Part shown: piece by piece, positions 29,063-37,766 of the stretch
Numbering within the stretch: the stretch's first letter is position 1
Layout: each line of letters starts with the position of its first letter
Assembly (NCBI GenBank): GCA_036169735.1
Contig: JAVHNX010000051.1
Location: 8,569-72,568, forward strand
DNA from: Minisyncoccota bacterium
GTDB taxonomy: Bacteria > Patescibacteriota > Minisyncoccia > Phycocordibacterales > UBA9973
Direction: 5' to 3'
Length of the DNA stretch: 64,000 bases
Notes under the pieces: generated by a model
What the model was told of the DNA's origin: nothing
What the model saw: only the letters and a program-made list of their open reading frames with translations
Database searches by the model: none
Translations under genes and position numbers: made by a program

Positions 29063-30160
29063 CTATCGATTCATTGGCATTATCAAATAAGTGAAAGATG
29101 AATCTGATACTCCCGTGATTAATATCGGACTGGAAGCTTGATTAAACTTAATAGAAATACTATCTGTGGTGATTGATTGGAAACAATCAAGGAAGTATTT
29201 GTAATTAAAACCAAGTTCTATCTCCTCTCCGGATATTGCAGCATCGAGTAAAGTTTTGTTCTCTCCCACGTCGTTGTTTTGGGATGACAATTCAAAAATT
29301 TTCTCTTTTGGTCTGATACTCAGGTTCACTTGATTAAACTTGTCTGAGAAGATATTTGAGAGCTTCAGGGCATTCAGTAGGTCTTGTTTCAAGACAACTG
29401 CTTCAGTCTTAAATTCTTTTGGAAGAATCTGACGATAATCAGGAAACACTCCATCAATCACCCGAGAAGTTAAGTAAGTATTACCAGAAGAAAAAGAAAT
29501 CTGATTTTTATTAAAACAAACACTCATAGCACCAGTAAATTCTCCAAAGACTCGTAGAATTTCAGGAACATTTTTAAAAGGAATAAGAATACCAGGGATT
29601 TCTTCTAAACCTTTAATTTTTACTTTCTTTTCAGCTAAACGGAAAGAGTCAGTAGAAACAAAGACAAGATTATCTTCATTGGAATAAATATAAACACTAG
29701 ATATTTCGGGTTTAATATCAGAAACTGAGGAACTATAATAAACAGCTTTAATACCATCAATTAATTTTTTCGCATCTATTTCAAAGGTTGTTCCAGATAC
29801 TTGTGGAATAGTTGGAAAATCATCATGGAGCTGGCCTTTTAGTTTTATTTTACTTTTCTTTGTTTTAATTATAATATTTCCGTCTTCACCTTCGATTGAA
29901 ACATTTTCGTTTTGAATAATGTTTGAAAAAATACCAGACAAAACAGTTCCAGCAATCGCTGCTACTCCCTCTTCTTCTATCTTGGCTGGTATTTCAATTT
30001 CAATACCAAGACTTAGATTAGTTGCACGAAGTTTTAAAGATTTACCTGAAGCTGTAAAAAGAATTGAACTTAAAACAGGAAGAGTTAAATTCTTTCCAGT
30101 TATTCTTTCTACTTGGTTAATAGCATTTTTTATTTTTTCTATTTCGCATTCTAGTCTCAT
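29063..30160 (-). CDS. dnaN: DNA polymerase III beta subunit (sliding clamp)
   Basis: 365 aa with the three-domain clamp pattern. N-terminus MRLECEIEKIKNAINQVERITGKNLTLPVLSSILF. Classic dnaA-dnaN order. Confidence 0.85.
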   Translation of the reverse strand: MRLECEIEKIKNAINQVERITGKNLTLPVLSSILFTASGKSLKLRATNLSLGIEIEIPAKIEEEGVAAIAGTVLSGIFSNIIQNENVSIEGEDGNIIIKTKKSKIKLKGQLHDDFPTIPQVSGTTFEIDAKKLIDGIKAVYYSSSVSDIKPEISSVYIYSNEDNLVFVSTDSFRLAEKKVKIKGLEEIPGILIPFKNVPEILRVFGEFTGAMSVCFNKNQISFSSGNTYLTSRVIDGVFPDYRQILPKEFKTEAVVLKQDLLNALKLSNIFSDKFNQVNLSIRPKEKIFELSSQNNDVGENKTLLDAAISGEEIELGFNYKYFLDCFQSITTDSISIKFNQASSPILITGVSDSSFTYLIMPMNR

Positions 30161-30203
30161 ATGTTTATTTCTTATATATATAATCTATTAATAGTATTAG
30201 TAG

Positions 30204-30212
30204 TGTGGATAA
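30204..30212. promoter_or_regulatory. Perfect DnaA box (TTATCCACA, reverse orientation) in the AT-rich dnaN-dnaA intergenic region, a candidate oriC
   Basis: TGTGGATAA is seen directly. Two 1-mismatch boxes lie nearby (TTATCAACA at about 30292, TTATACACA at about 30405). Region 30161-30418 is strongly AT-rich. Confidence 0.55.
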
Positions 30213-30418
30213 GTGTATAACTCTATTTGATATTAATTTATATACTTATTTTAGTTATTTTAGTTTAATTTTACTCTAATAACTTTTTTACTTATCAACA
30301 CCCCCAATGAATATATTTTTTTAACCCAATATTTATTCTTTACTTATTCTTCATTTAATATTATTTGTTAACATGTTTTATTTTGTTTATTATTAGTTTT
30401 TCAACTACTTATACACAA

Positions 30419-31762
30419 CTATTTAAACATTATTCTTATCTGTTCCAACTCTTGAACCAACTGTTGATCATTCTTTAAATCCTCTTTGATTTTTAAATAT
30501 GAGTGAATAACTGTAGTATGATCCTTCCCTCCTAACTTCTGTCCTATCAAAGGATAAGATACATTGAAATCTTCTCTTAAAATATACATGACTACCTGTC
30601 TAGCTTTTACTATTTCTTTTCTTCTAGTCTTTTCATAGATAGATGACTCATCTAAATTGTAATGATCACTCACTATTTTAACAACATCTTTGATAGCTAC
30701 ATTTTTCTTGGGACGGATGTTGTTTTTAAGTAGGTTTTTAACCTCAGGTAGAGTTAAGGGTCGATTTTTTAACCGATAATGGCAAACAATTGTATTTAGA
30801 CTACCCTCAAGTTCTCGGATATTTCCTTGAATTGCTGATGAAATATATTCTAAAATGTCTTGATCTAAATCAATACCGAGCTCTCGAAGTTTTACTTTTA
30901 AAATGGCCATACGTGACTCGTATTCAGGTTCAGAGACGTCTACTATCATTCCCGCAGCAAAACGAGACTTGAGGCGGTCTGCGAGTTCAGGGATGTGGTT
31001 TGGATGTTTATCGGAAGAAAAAATAATTTGTTTATTACTTTCATAAAAAGTATTGAAGGTATGAAAAAGTTCTTCTTGAATTTTTTCCATTTTACCAATG
31101 AATTGAATATCATCGATGATTAATAAATCATATTTACGATATTTTTCTTTGAAAGAATTAGCTTTGTTTCCTTGAAGAGAATTTATAAAGTCAGTCGCAA
31201 ACTTTTCGAGTGTCATATAGTGAGCCTTCTTGTTTGGATATTTATCTTTAATAGAGTTTCCTACTGCTTGGATAAGGTGAGTCTTTCCAAGTCCTGTGTT
31301 TCCATAAACAAAGAAAGGATTATATTTTGTTCCAGGGTTTTCTATAATTGCTTGAGATGCAGCATAAGCTAATTCGTTGAAAGTACCTACAATAAAGGAA
31401 TCAAAGCGATAACGTGGGTTCAAATTGTCATCAGGACTGATATATAAATCCTTTAAAGGTAACTCCTTATTTACATAAGTTTCATTTGTCTTCGGTTGTT
31501 CTCTCTCCTCAGCTTCTGTCTTAGTAATAATATATTCAACAGCACGCATATTTTCAAAACCATCAGCAATAGTTTTTGAGATTAGTTTATGATATTTATT
31601 TTTTAACCAATCACGTACAAACTCATTTGGTACTCCAACATAAACTACACCACCATCTTCTTTTAAGATAGAAGTATTTTTGAACCATGTGCTAAAGTTT
31701 GCTTTTGAGACACCTGCCTCAATTTCTACTAAACAATTTTTCCAAAGTTGTTTTATTTCCAT
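30419..31762 (-). CDS. dnaA: Chromosomal replication initiator DnaA
   Basis: AAA+ Walker A GNTGLGKTHL, Walker B LLIIDDIQF, sensor and C-terminal DNA-binding domain (...VKARQVVMYILRE...). Confidence 0.9.
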   Translation of the reverse strand: MEIKQLWKNCLVEIEAGVSKANFSTWFKNTSILKEDGGVVYVGVPNEFVRDWLKNKYHKLISKTIADGFENMRAVEYIITKTEAEEREQPKTNETYVNKELPLKDLYISPDDNLNPRYRFDSFIVGTFNELAYAASQAIIENPGTKYNPFFVYGNTGLGKTHLIQAVGNSIKDKYPNKKAHYMTLEKFATDFINSLQGNKANSFKEKYRKYDLLIIDDIQFIGKMEKIQEELFHTFNTFYESNKQIIFSSDKHPNHIPELADRLKSRFAAGMIVDVSEPEYESRMAILKVKLRELGIDLDQDILEYISSAIQGNIRELEGSLNTIVCHYRLKNRPLTLPEVKNLLKNNIRPKKNVAIKDVVKIVSDHYNLDESSIYEKTRRKEIVKARQVVMYILREDFNVSYPLIGQKLGGKDHTTVIHSYLKIKEDLKNDQQLVQELEQIRIMFK

Positions 31763-31852
31763 TAGTTCCTATTATACTATCCCTTTCAACTTAAGGAACT
31801 TCCCAAAACTTATTAACTATGTTTATAAGCTGTTGATAACTTTTTTAATAAT

Positions 31853-31898
31853 CCCCTATGTCAGACTTAGGGGATTTCCCCTAAGTCTGACATAGGGG
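31853..31898. repeat. GC-rich palindromic element, family C (perfect 22-bp arms, TTT loop) in the dnaA-rpmH intergenic (origin) region
   Basis: CCCCTATGTCAGACTTAGGGGATTTCCCCTAAGTCTGACATAGGGG. Confidence 0.7.
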
Positions 31899-31954
31899 AA
31901 ATATGTGGTTAATCAAAATTTGATTTATTATAAATAATGTTATAGTATGTACTC

Positions 31955-32092
31955 ATGTCACAGACATACCAACCTAAAAAAAGAAAAAGAGCTAAAACTC
32001 ACGGATTTCTAGTTAGATCCAAGACAAGTACTGGCAAGAAGGTTATTCAGAGCCGAAGAAGAAAAGGACGCGCACAACTTTCAACAGTTTAA
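31955..32092 (+). CDS. rpmH: 50S ribosomal protein L34
   Basis: MSQTYQPKKRKRAKTHGFLVRSKTSTGKKVIQSRRRKGRAQLSTV. Not in the ORF track (45 aa). Canonical position upstream of rnpA. Confidence 0.85.
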   Translation: MSQTYQPKKRKRAKTHGFLVRSKTSTGKKVIQSRRRKGRAQLSTV

Positions 32093-32099
32093 TCTTTTT

Positions 32100-32492
32100 A
32101 TGCTTCCCAAAAAGAATAGAGCCGATAGAAAGTCAGTTGAAAAGATTTTTAAAGAAGGTAAATTTGTTAATTCTCAAAATTTAACACTTAAATTCATTAT
32201 TAATAAAGAGGCAAAACCTGAGTTATCAGGTTTTGCCTCTTTTGTTTCCCCACAGATTTCTTTTGTAGCACCTAAAACAGTCAGTAAAAAGGCTGTAGTA
32301 CGTAATCTCTTAAGACGACGTGGTTATACTGTTTTAAAGCCTTTTTTAAATGTCTTCCCTTCTAGTTTTACCGGTGTCTTTCTTTTTGGTAAGAAAAGTA
32401 AGGATATTTTCAGTGGAAGGAAGAATAAAACAAGAAATCCTATTAAAGACCTTGAAAATGAAATTAAAACTATACTTAATAAGCTTCATTAA
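32100..32492 (+). CDS. rnpA: Ribonuclease P protein component
   Basis: [20 protein letters not shown]..., basic, 130 aa. rpmH-rnpA synteny. Confidence 0.8.
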   Translation: MLPKKNRADRKSVEKIFKEGKFVNSQNLTLKFIINKEAKPELSGFASFVSPQISFVAPKTVSKKAVVRNLLRRRGYTVLKPFLNVFPSSFTGVFLFGKKSKDIFSGRKNKTRNPIKDLENEIKTILNKLH

Positions 32493-32673
32493 TTTTTATC
32501 AAAAACATTTAAGCCCTCTAAAACGGCCTAGTTGTGTTTTTTATCCTACTTGTTCTGAGTATACCAAAGAAGCTATTAATAAATATGGTATTTTAAAAGG
32601 TGTTTTTCTGGGAATTAGACGTATTTTGCGTTGCCATCCTTGGCAGAAAAATCATATTGATCCCGTTGTGTAA
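32458..32673 (+). CDS. yidD: Membrane protein insertion efficiency factor YidD
   Basis: [11 protein letters not shown] motif (CxFxPSCSxY). Overlaps the rnpA 3' end. Start chosen at MKLKLY. Confidence 0.75.
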   Translation: MKLKLYLISFINFYQKHLSPLKRPSCVFYPTCSEYTKEAINKYGILKGVFLGIRRILRCHPWQKNHIDPVV

Positions 32674-32796
32674 AAACCTAGTTATCAAAAATTTTCTGGC
32701 GGCCAAGACGCAGCCAGTGTCCGCAGGCGAAAATCTTTAGTAATCGTTTTTTATTGTATATTTTGCATTTTACTTATTTTCATATAGAATGGACTA

Positions 32797-33549
32797 ATGC
32801 ATGAAATTTGGAACATTGTTTTATATAAACCTCTTGTTAATACTCTAGCTTTTTTGGTTTCTGTCGTCCCTGGTGGAAATGTTGGTGTAGCTATTATTGT
32901 CCTAACAATGCTGGTTAAAACAGCCCTTATCCCCCTTTCTCAGCGTTCTATTGAAAGCCAGGCCAAGATGAAACTCTTGGAACCTGAAATGAAGAGTATA
33001 AAAGCTAGTGGAGCGACCAAAGAAGAACAAGCGAAGCAAACAATGGAGCTTTACAAAAAGCATAAAACCAACCCTTTCTCTGGGTGTCTTTTAGTTTTGA
33101 TTCAAATACCAATAATTTTTGCTCTTTATTATGTATTTTATAAAGGTATAAAATTTGATGACAGTATTCTTTATTCTTTTGTTCACGTTCCAGAAAGAAT
33201 CAATATGTTTTTCCTTGGAATGGATCTTAGCCAAAAGAGTATGTTATTAGCCGTTCTTGCTGGTGTCTCTCAATTCTTACAGGCATACTACATGCTTAAA
33301 ACAGCACCTTCTAAATCTTCCGATAAAGCTTCTTTCCAAGAAAGTTTTGCTCAAAGCATGCAAATGCAGATGAAATATTTTTTACCAATTCTAATCGTGT
33401 TTATTGCTTATAGTATTTCCGGCGCAATAGCCTTGTATTGGATTACAAGTAATATGTTTACTGTAGTTCAACAAATATATGCTAATAAGAAAAAGATTAG
33501 TATTGTTGTTCATGGTTATAAGTTAGAAACATTAGGAGATAACAAATAA
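32797..33549 (+). CDS. yidC: Membrane protein insertase YidC (short form)
   Basis: Five-TM core with ...CLLVLIQIPIIFALYYV... and WITSNMFTVVQQ. Confidence 0.8.
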   Translation: MHEIWNIVLYKPLVNTLAFLVSVVPGGNVGVAIIVLTMLVKTALIPLSQRSIESQAKMKLLEPEMKSIKASGATKEEQAKQTMELYKKHKTNPFSGCLLVLIQIPIIFALYYVFYKGIKFDDSILYSFVHVPERINMFFLGMDLSQKSMLLAVLAGVSQFLQAYYMLKTAPSKSSDKASFQESFAQSMQMQMKYFLPILIVFIAYSISGAIALYWITSNMFTVVQQIYANKKKISIVVHGYKLETLGDNK

Positions 33550-33554
33550 AACAT

Positions 33555-34046
33555 ATGGATAAAACAGAAATACAAAACTTAATAAAAGAATTGATTGAAA
33601 ATATGGCAATTTCCGTTAAAGAAATTGTTGTTTCCCAAGAAGATGATTCTAAAACCGTTTGGTATTCAGTAAGTGTTTCTGAACCACATTTCTTTACTAC
33701 TCGCGAAGGAGAGGCTCTTGCTTCTCTTAATCACCTTGTTAGAAGGATTATTGAATCTAAAACCCCTATGTCAGACATAGGGGAAGCTAAAAATGCACAA
33801 TATAATCCTATCCTGATAGATATTGGTGATTTTCAAAAGAAAAGAGTAGCAAATATTAAAACAATCGCTCATATGATGGCTGAGAGAGCTCGTTATTTCA
33901 AATCAAATATAGAAGTTGACCCAATGTCTGCTTTTGACCGTCGTATTGTACACGAGCATCTTTCAAATGCTACAGACCTTAAGACAGAATCATCTGGTTT
34001 TGGTCCTACTCGCCGAGTTGTTATTAAATATATTGGAGAACTCTAA
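33555..34046 (+). CDS. Jag-like KH/R3H RNA-binding protein
   Basis: C-terminal R3H segment FDRRIVHEHLSN...GFGPTRRVVIKY. Position after yidC. Contains an in-frame family-C palindrome (33763-33783) adding about TPMSDIG. Confidence 0.7.
   Translation: MDKTEIQNLIKELIENMAISVKEIVVSQEDDSKTVWYSVSVSEPHFFTTREGEALASLNHLVRRIIESKTPMSDIGEAKNAQYNPILIDIGDFQKKRVANIKTIAHMMAERARYFKSNIEVDPMSAFDRRIVHEHLSNATDLKTESSGFGPTRRVVIKYIGEL
33763..33783. repeat. GC-rich palindrome, family C (short form CCCCTATGTCAGACATAGGGG), in-frame in the jag-like gene
   Basis: Same arms as the 31853 copy but lacks the inner TTAGGGGATTTCCCCTAA core. Confidence 0.6.
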
Positions 34047-34066
34047 AATAAAGATTTTTGTTTTAG

Positions 34067-34131
34067 AAAGCATTGCGCAGGCCGACGGGCCGAGCATAGC
34101 AAATTTTCAGCAGAAAATTATGTGCGGTTTA
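34067..34131. repeat. GC-rich palindromic element, family B (intergenic)
   Basis: AAAGCATTGCGCAGGCCGACGGGCCGAGCATAGCAAATTTTCAGCAGAAAATTATGTGCGGTTT. Confidence 0.65.
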
Positions 34132-34163
34132 TAAAATATAAATCTTTATTTTAGAGTTGGGTT

Positions 34164-35549
34164 CTATTTGAGGTTTAATTTCCAAAGATAAGAGTTATTT
34201 TTATTCACAAAAAATAGATAATTTTCTCCATCATCCAATGCTAGTTTTATTCCATCCATATCCTCCCCTCCTATGGTTGAAGCAGGATCGAGAATCAATG
34301 ATGCATTGTTATTGGTAACATTTATTTTCCATATTTGATCTGAGAAAGAAACTTGTCCTTGATACCAAACATCTGGGTATGCCAATTGATCAACAAATTT
34401 CGGCACTGAACAATAAAGCGAATCACTATTTTTACCCCAAACGCATTTTTCTGGAAGAGTCTTTAATCCAAGAGGATTTGAACTTCTTGAATCTAAACTA
34501 TAAATACTAAGTGCTAGATTGTTGTTGCTATAAAGAACAAGTTTACCATTTGGACTAGTTAGAGTAGTAAGTCCGTTTATATTTCCTAGTATTTTATTAA
34601 AATCTTTCTTATTTGGATCGACTGCATACATATAACCTGGAACAGTAGCTGATGGTTTTGTTGTTAAAGTAATCATTTTTGTATTAGGCCATTGAGATAA
34701 CCATTCTGTGAAAGGAGAATTAAACACTTGAGATTTTTTATCACCAAGTGAACCAGAAGTTATACCTACAGTGCCATCTCCGATATTAAAAAAATAAAAT
34801 AGTTTTAAAGTGTCAGCTGACATACTCAAATCTGAAATATTTTCTGGAAAGAAAGATCCTTTAATTTGATTTTCCCCTGTTGTATCTGCTCCCAATACTT
34901 CTTTTGGTAAACTACCAGTGAAAGTCTCGATAGTTCTGTCATCTGTTTTTAAATATCGCATGATTACAGACTCACCTTTGTTTCCAAAATGAGCTTCATA
35001 TATAATTGGAATTATTGTTGTGGTAAATTTACGCTCTTCTATTTTATCTGCGAAAGTTTGGTAGATATTTCCTGTTGCACGTTCTACATATCTTACTGCT
35101 GGCACAAATTCAGTTGGTGGGGATGTTGGTTTAACTGGAGTTTTAGTTTTTGTAGTAGTTTTTTTTGTTGTACTGGTTGTTGTTGTGACAACTGGTACTG
35201 TTATATCGACTGGTGCTACGACAGGTACTACTACTGGTAATTCTTTGAATCTCTCTTTCATAAATATTCCAAATCCTGCAATAGGCATGCTTGATACTTT
35301 GGTCAACTTAAGTTTAGGTGCTTCTACTACAGGTGCGGGCTGAAATCCTGAAACATCAGCTGGTGCAGTAGGTTCGACTGGTGCTGGTGTGCTTTTAAAG
35401 AAAGGAAAAAATTTGGAGACAAAGTTTGATCCAGGTGAGCCAGCTGTTGTTGCTATTTGATTAGTATTATAAAAATAGAAAAAACCTAAACCAACAGCCA
35501 ATATGGCTATTAGAATAATTATTAAAAGTGTAAAGTTTCTTTTTTGCAT
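34164..35549 (-). CDS. Membrane-anchored hypothetical protein with Pro/Thr-rich linker (last gene of the T4SS-like operon)
   Basis: N-terminal TM (LLIIILIAILAVGLGFFYF), PT-rich linker (TTTSTTKKTTTKTKTPVKPTSPP), then a large extracytoplasmic domain. Confidence 0.5.
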   Translation of the reverse strand: MQKRNFTLLIIILIAILAVGLGFFYFYNTNQIATTAGSPGSNFVSKFFPFFKSTPAPVEPTAPADVSGFQPAPVVEAPKLKLTKVSSMPIAGFGIFMKERFKELPVVVPVVAPVDITVPVVTTTTSTTKKTTTKTKTPVKPTSPPTEFVPAVRYVERATGNIYQTFADKIEERKFTTTIIPIIYEAHFGNKGESVIMRYLKTDDRTIETFTGSLPKEVLGADTTGENQIKGSFFPENISDLSMSADTLKLFYFFNIGDGTVGITSGSLGDKKSQVFNSPFTEWLSQWPNTKMITLTTKPSATVPGYMYAVDPNKKDFNKILGNINGLTTLTSPNGKLVLYSNNNLALSIYSLDSRSSNPLGLKTLPEKCVWGKNSDSLYCSVPKFVDQLAYPDVWYQGQVSFSDQIWKINVTNNNASLILDPASTIGGEDMDGIKLALDDGENYLFFVNKNNSYLWKLNLK

Positions 35550-35566
35550 ATTATAATTATTTTTTT

Positions 35567-36700
35567 TTATTTTCCATCAAAAGACCAGTGCCAAGGCTCT
35601 TTTGAAAAATTAATAAGACCATAACTCCCTGCGTTAGCTTTTAACCAAATAAAGCATTTGTTGTCTTGTGTCTGGATTAAAACTCCTTCACATGTGAAAT
35701 CAAAAGCTAGACCACTTTCATGTCTTGATGTGCCTGGTACAGCAGTCGGAGGGTGGCATGTTGCTTTTGCATCATAAATACTCTGACTACCTCCACAATT
35801 TTGTGCCCTAAGATTTTCTTGAGATTGTTTTGATCTAAAGGAACCACCAGCCAGTTTGATTTGTATGCTTTGTGACCATGCTGAGTTAATCAAACTTTTT
35901 GCACCATTTGAAATTCTTTTACAGACCAAAAAATCTCCACCGGTAGTAGTTATTTTTTCAAATCCTTCTGTACATAAAGCATAAGGACCGCTCGGTGGTA
36001 TATTGCTAGTAGGGCCCACTGCCATAGCCGGTGTTTCCTCTTCTTGGATCGTTGCCTGCGGAATACCACTCAGACTCACATCCAAGAGTTGCGGGTTGAT
36101 TGTGAAAAGTAATGCATAAGCACCCAATGCGATTATAAGACCAAATATGGCATTAGTGATTCTCTCCTTCCCTTCTTCTTTGTGTCCTGAAATTTCACTA
36201 GTCATGTATTCGATACCACCGATGACTATCATTATCATTGCCAACACAGCACATATACCAATAAATAATCTAATTAATATATTTAAGTAGTCCCCAAAAG
36301 AATTAGCTTTTGCAGAGTCAAAAGTTGTTTGTAAGCCTCCTGATCCATTAGGTAGTGGAGCAAGTGGTGTATATGTTGTGTCTGTATTAACAGATCCACT
36401 GGCACCAGGTATTGGCACCGGTTTGTAAACATTTAAGGCAGTGGTACAACTATCAAAGGTATCATATGGACCTTTCCATACAATACCTGGATATCCGCCC
36501 TCAAGTGGCAAAAACCAATATTTTTGTACTGGCATTATAGTATTTGTATTTTTATCTATTGGATAACTTTTGCAAACTAACGTAGATTCAGCAACTGGTG
36601 GTTCAGTGACTTGGGCTTTTGAAAAAGAAAAAAAAGAAAAAACACCTAAAAATAAAATTATGATAACTAATATTTTATTTTTTAAATTTAACTTTTTCAT
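35567..36700 (-). CDS. Secreted protein with VirB2/TrbC-like pilin hairpin fused to a C-terminal M15 (VanY-like) peptidase domain
   Basis: Signal peptide. Central two-TM hairpin with charged loop (NILIRLFIGICAVLAMIMIVIGGIEYMTSEISGHKEEGKERITNAIFGLIIALGAYALLF), typical of T4SS pilins. C-terminal SRHESGLAFDF and EPWHW match the M15 zinc-ligand motifs SxHxxGxAxD and ExWH. Confidence 0.5.
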   Translation of the reverse strand: MKKLNLKNKILVIIILFLGVFSFFSFSKAQVTEPPVAESTLVCKSYPIDKNTNTIMPVQKYWFLPLEGGYPGIVWKGPYDTFDSCTTALNVYKPVPIPGASGSVNTDTTYTPLAPLPNGSGGLQTTFDSAKANSFGDYLNILIRLFIGICAVLAMIMIVIGGIEYMTSEISGHKEEGKERITNAIFGLIIALGAYALLFTINPQLLDVSLSGIPQATIQEEETPAMAVGPTSNIPPSGPYALCTEGFEKITTTGGDFLVCKRISNGAKSLINSAWSQSIQIKLAGGSFRSKQSQENLRAQNCGGSQSIYDAKATCHPPTAVPGTSRHESGLAFDFTCEGVLIQTQDNKCFIWLKANAGSYGLINFSKEPWHWSFDGK

Positions 36701-36703
36701 ATA

Positions 36704-37690
36704 TTAAAAATTTATAATGAGTTCTTTTTCCTTACTTTGGAAAAGAGTTAAGGTATTATTAATCGCTACTTTGATTCTAGCTGATCCTGTTTGTCCGCTG
36801 ACTGGCTTGATTGCTAGTATGTTTTTAGGATCAGGTGTTTGTGTTGGTTGACCATTAAAAGACCAGTCAAAAGTTAGGTCTGGTGACTGAATATTTTTTG
36901 GTGAAAAGAAATATGGTTCTACAACAAGGATTTCCCCGTTTGCATTTATTTGTAAACCATTAGTTAACGCTTTTTCCCATTGTGTACCAAGGGATAGATT
37001 TTTTTTGTAAAAAATTATTTGAGGCTTTACTGTATTTAAGGTAATAGTGCCTGAAGTATTTGTAGTTCCAGAGATGTCTGATGCAGTTACTTGTACAACA
37101 TTATTTTCATCTAAATAACTGTTTTTGAAAATAAAATAACTTTTACCCCATCCAGAATAGTCTGGCTGACTAGTAGAATCCTTGGACCAAGAATAAGAAA
37201 GATTGCTAGCATTTGATTTACCTGTTGATGTTATTAGATTTGGTATTGCTACTACTTTAAAAATTCCTTGACTAGGAGCCAATGCCTTGCCTTTATAAAA
37301 AGGCGGAGTATATGAATCATAAGCCTCCCACAACATGTCCATTTCTGTAGGTGTTAGAGTTATATTCTTTATTATGCTTTGCCCGTCGATAGTGTTCATT
37401 CTTGCCTCTAGTATTAAAGAAGATCCCATATTTCCAGTATTAAAAGAAAATGATTTTTTACCAACACCTGAGATTATTTCTTTACCATTTACTGACCAAG
37501 AAATATTTGCTTTATTAAGATCTAAAACATAACTACCCAAAGTGGCGTTTATGTTTTGGTTTGGAGCTGGATATGTTGGATTGATATTCAAAGTAACATC
37601 AGTATTTTGAACCTGAGCAAAGACTGTTCCTAAAAAAGAACAAAATAAAATAATGGCAACGAATATTGATTTTTTAATCAAACTTATCAT
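36704..37690 (-). CDS. Secreted hypothetical protein (T4SS-like operon)
   Basis: Signal peptide MISLIKKSIFVAIILFCSFLGTVFAQ. No family motifs. Confidence 0.5.
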   Translation of the reverse strand: MISLIKKSIFVAIILFCSFLGTVFAQVQNTDVTLNINPTYPAPNQNINATLGSYVLDLNKANISWSVNGKEIISGVGKKSFSFNTGNMGSSLILEARMNTIDGQSIIKNITLTPTEMDMLWEAYDSYTPPFYKGKALAPSQGIFKVVAIPNLITSTGKSNASNLSYSWSKDSTSQPDYSGWGKSYFIFKNSYLDENNVVQVTASDISGTTNTSGTITLNTVKPQIIFYKKNLSLGTQWEKALTNGLQINANGEILVVEPYFFSPKNIQSPDLTFDWSFNGQPTQTPDPKNILAIKPVSGQTGSARIKVAINNTLTLFQSKEKELIINF

Positions 37691-37766
37691 ATTATTGTTC
37701 TATTATACTCCCATTTGCTTGAATGGCATACCCCATTTACCGAAAATGTATCACTATTTTTAGATA

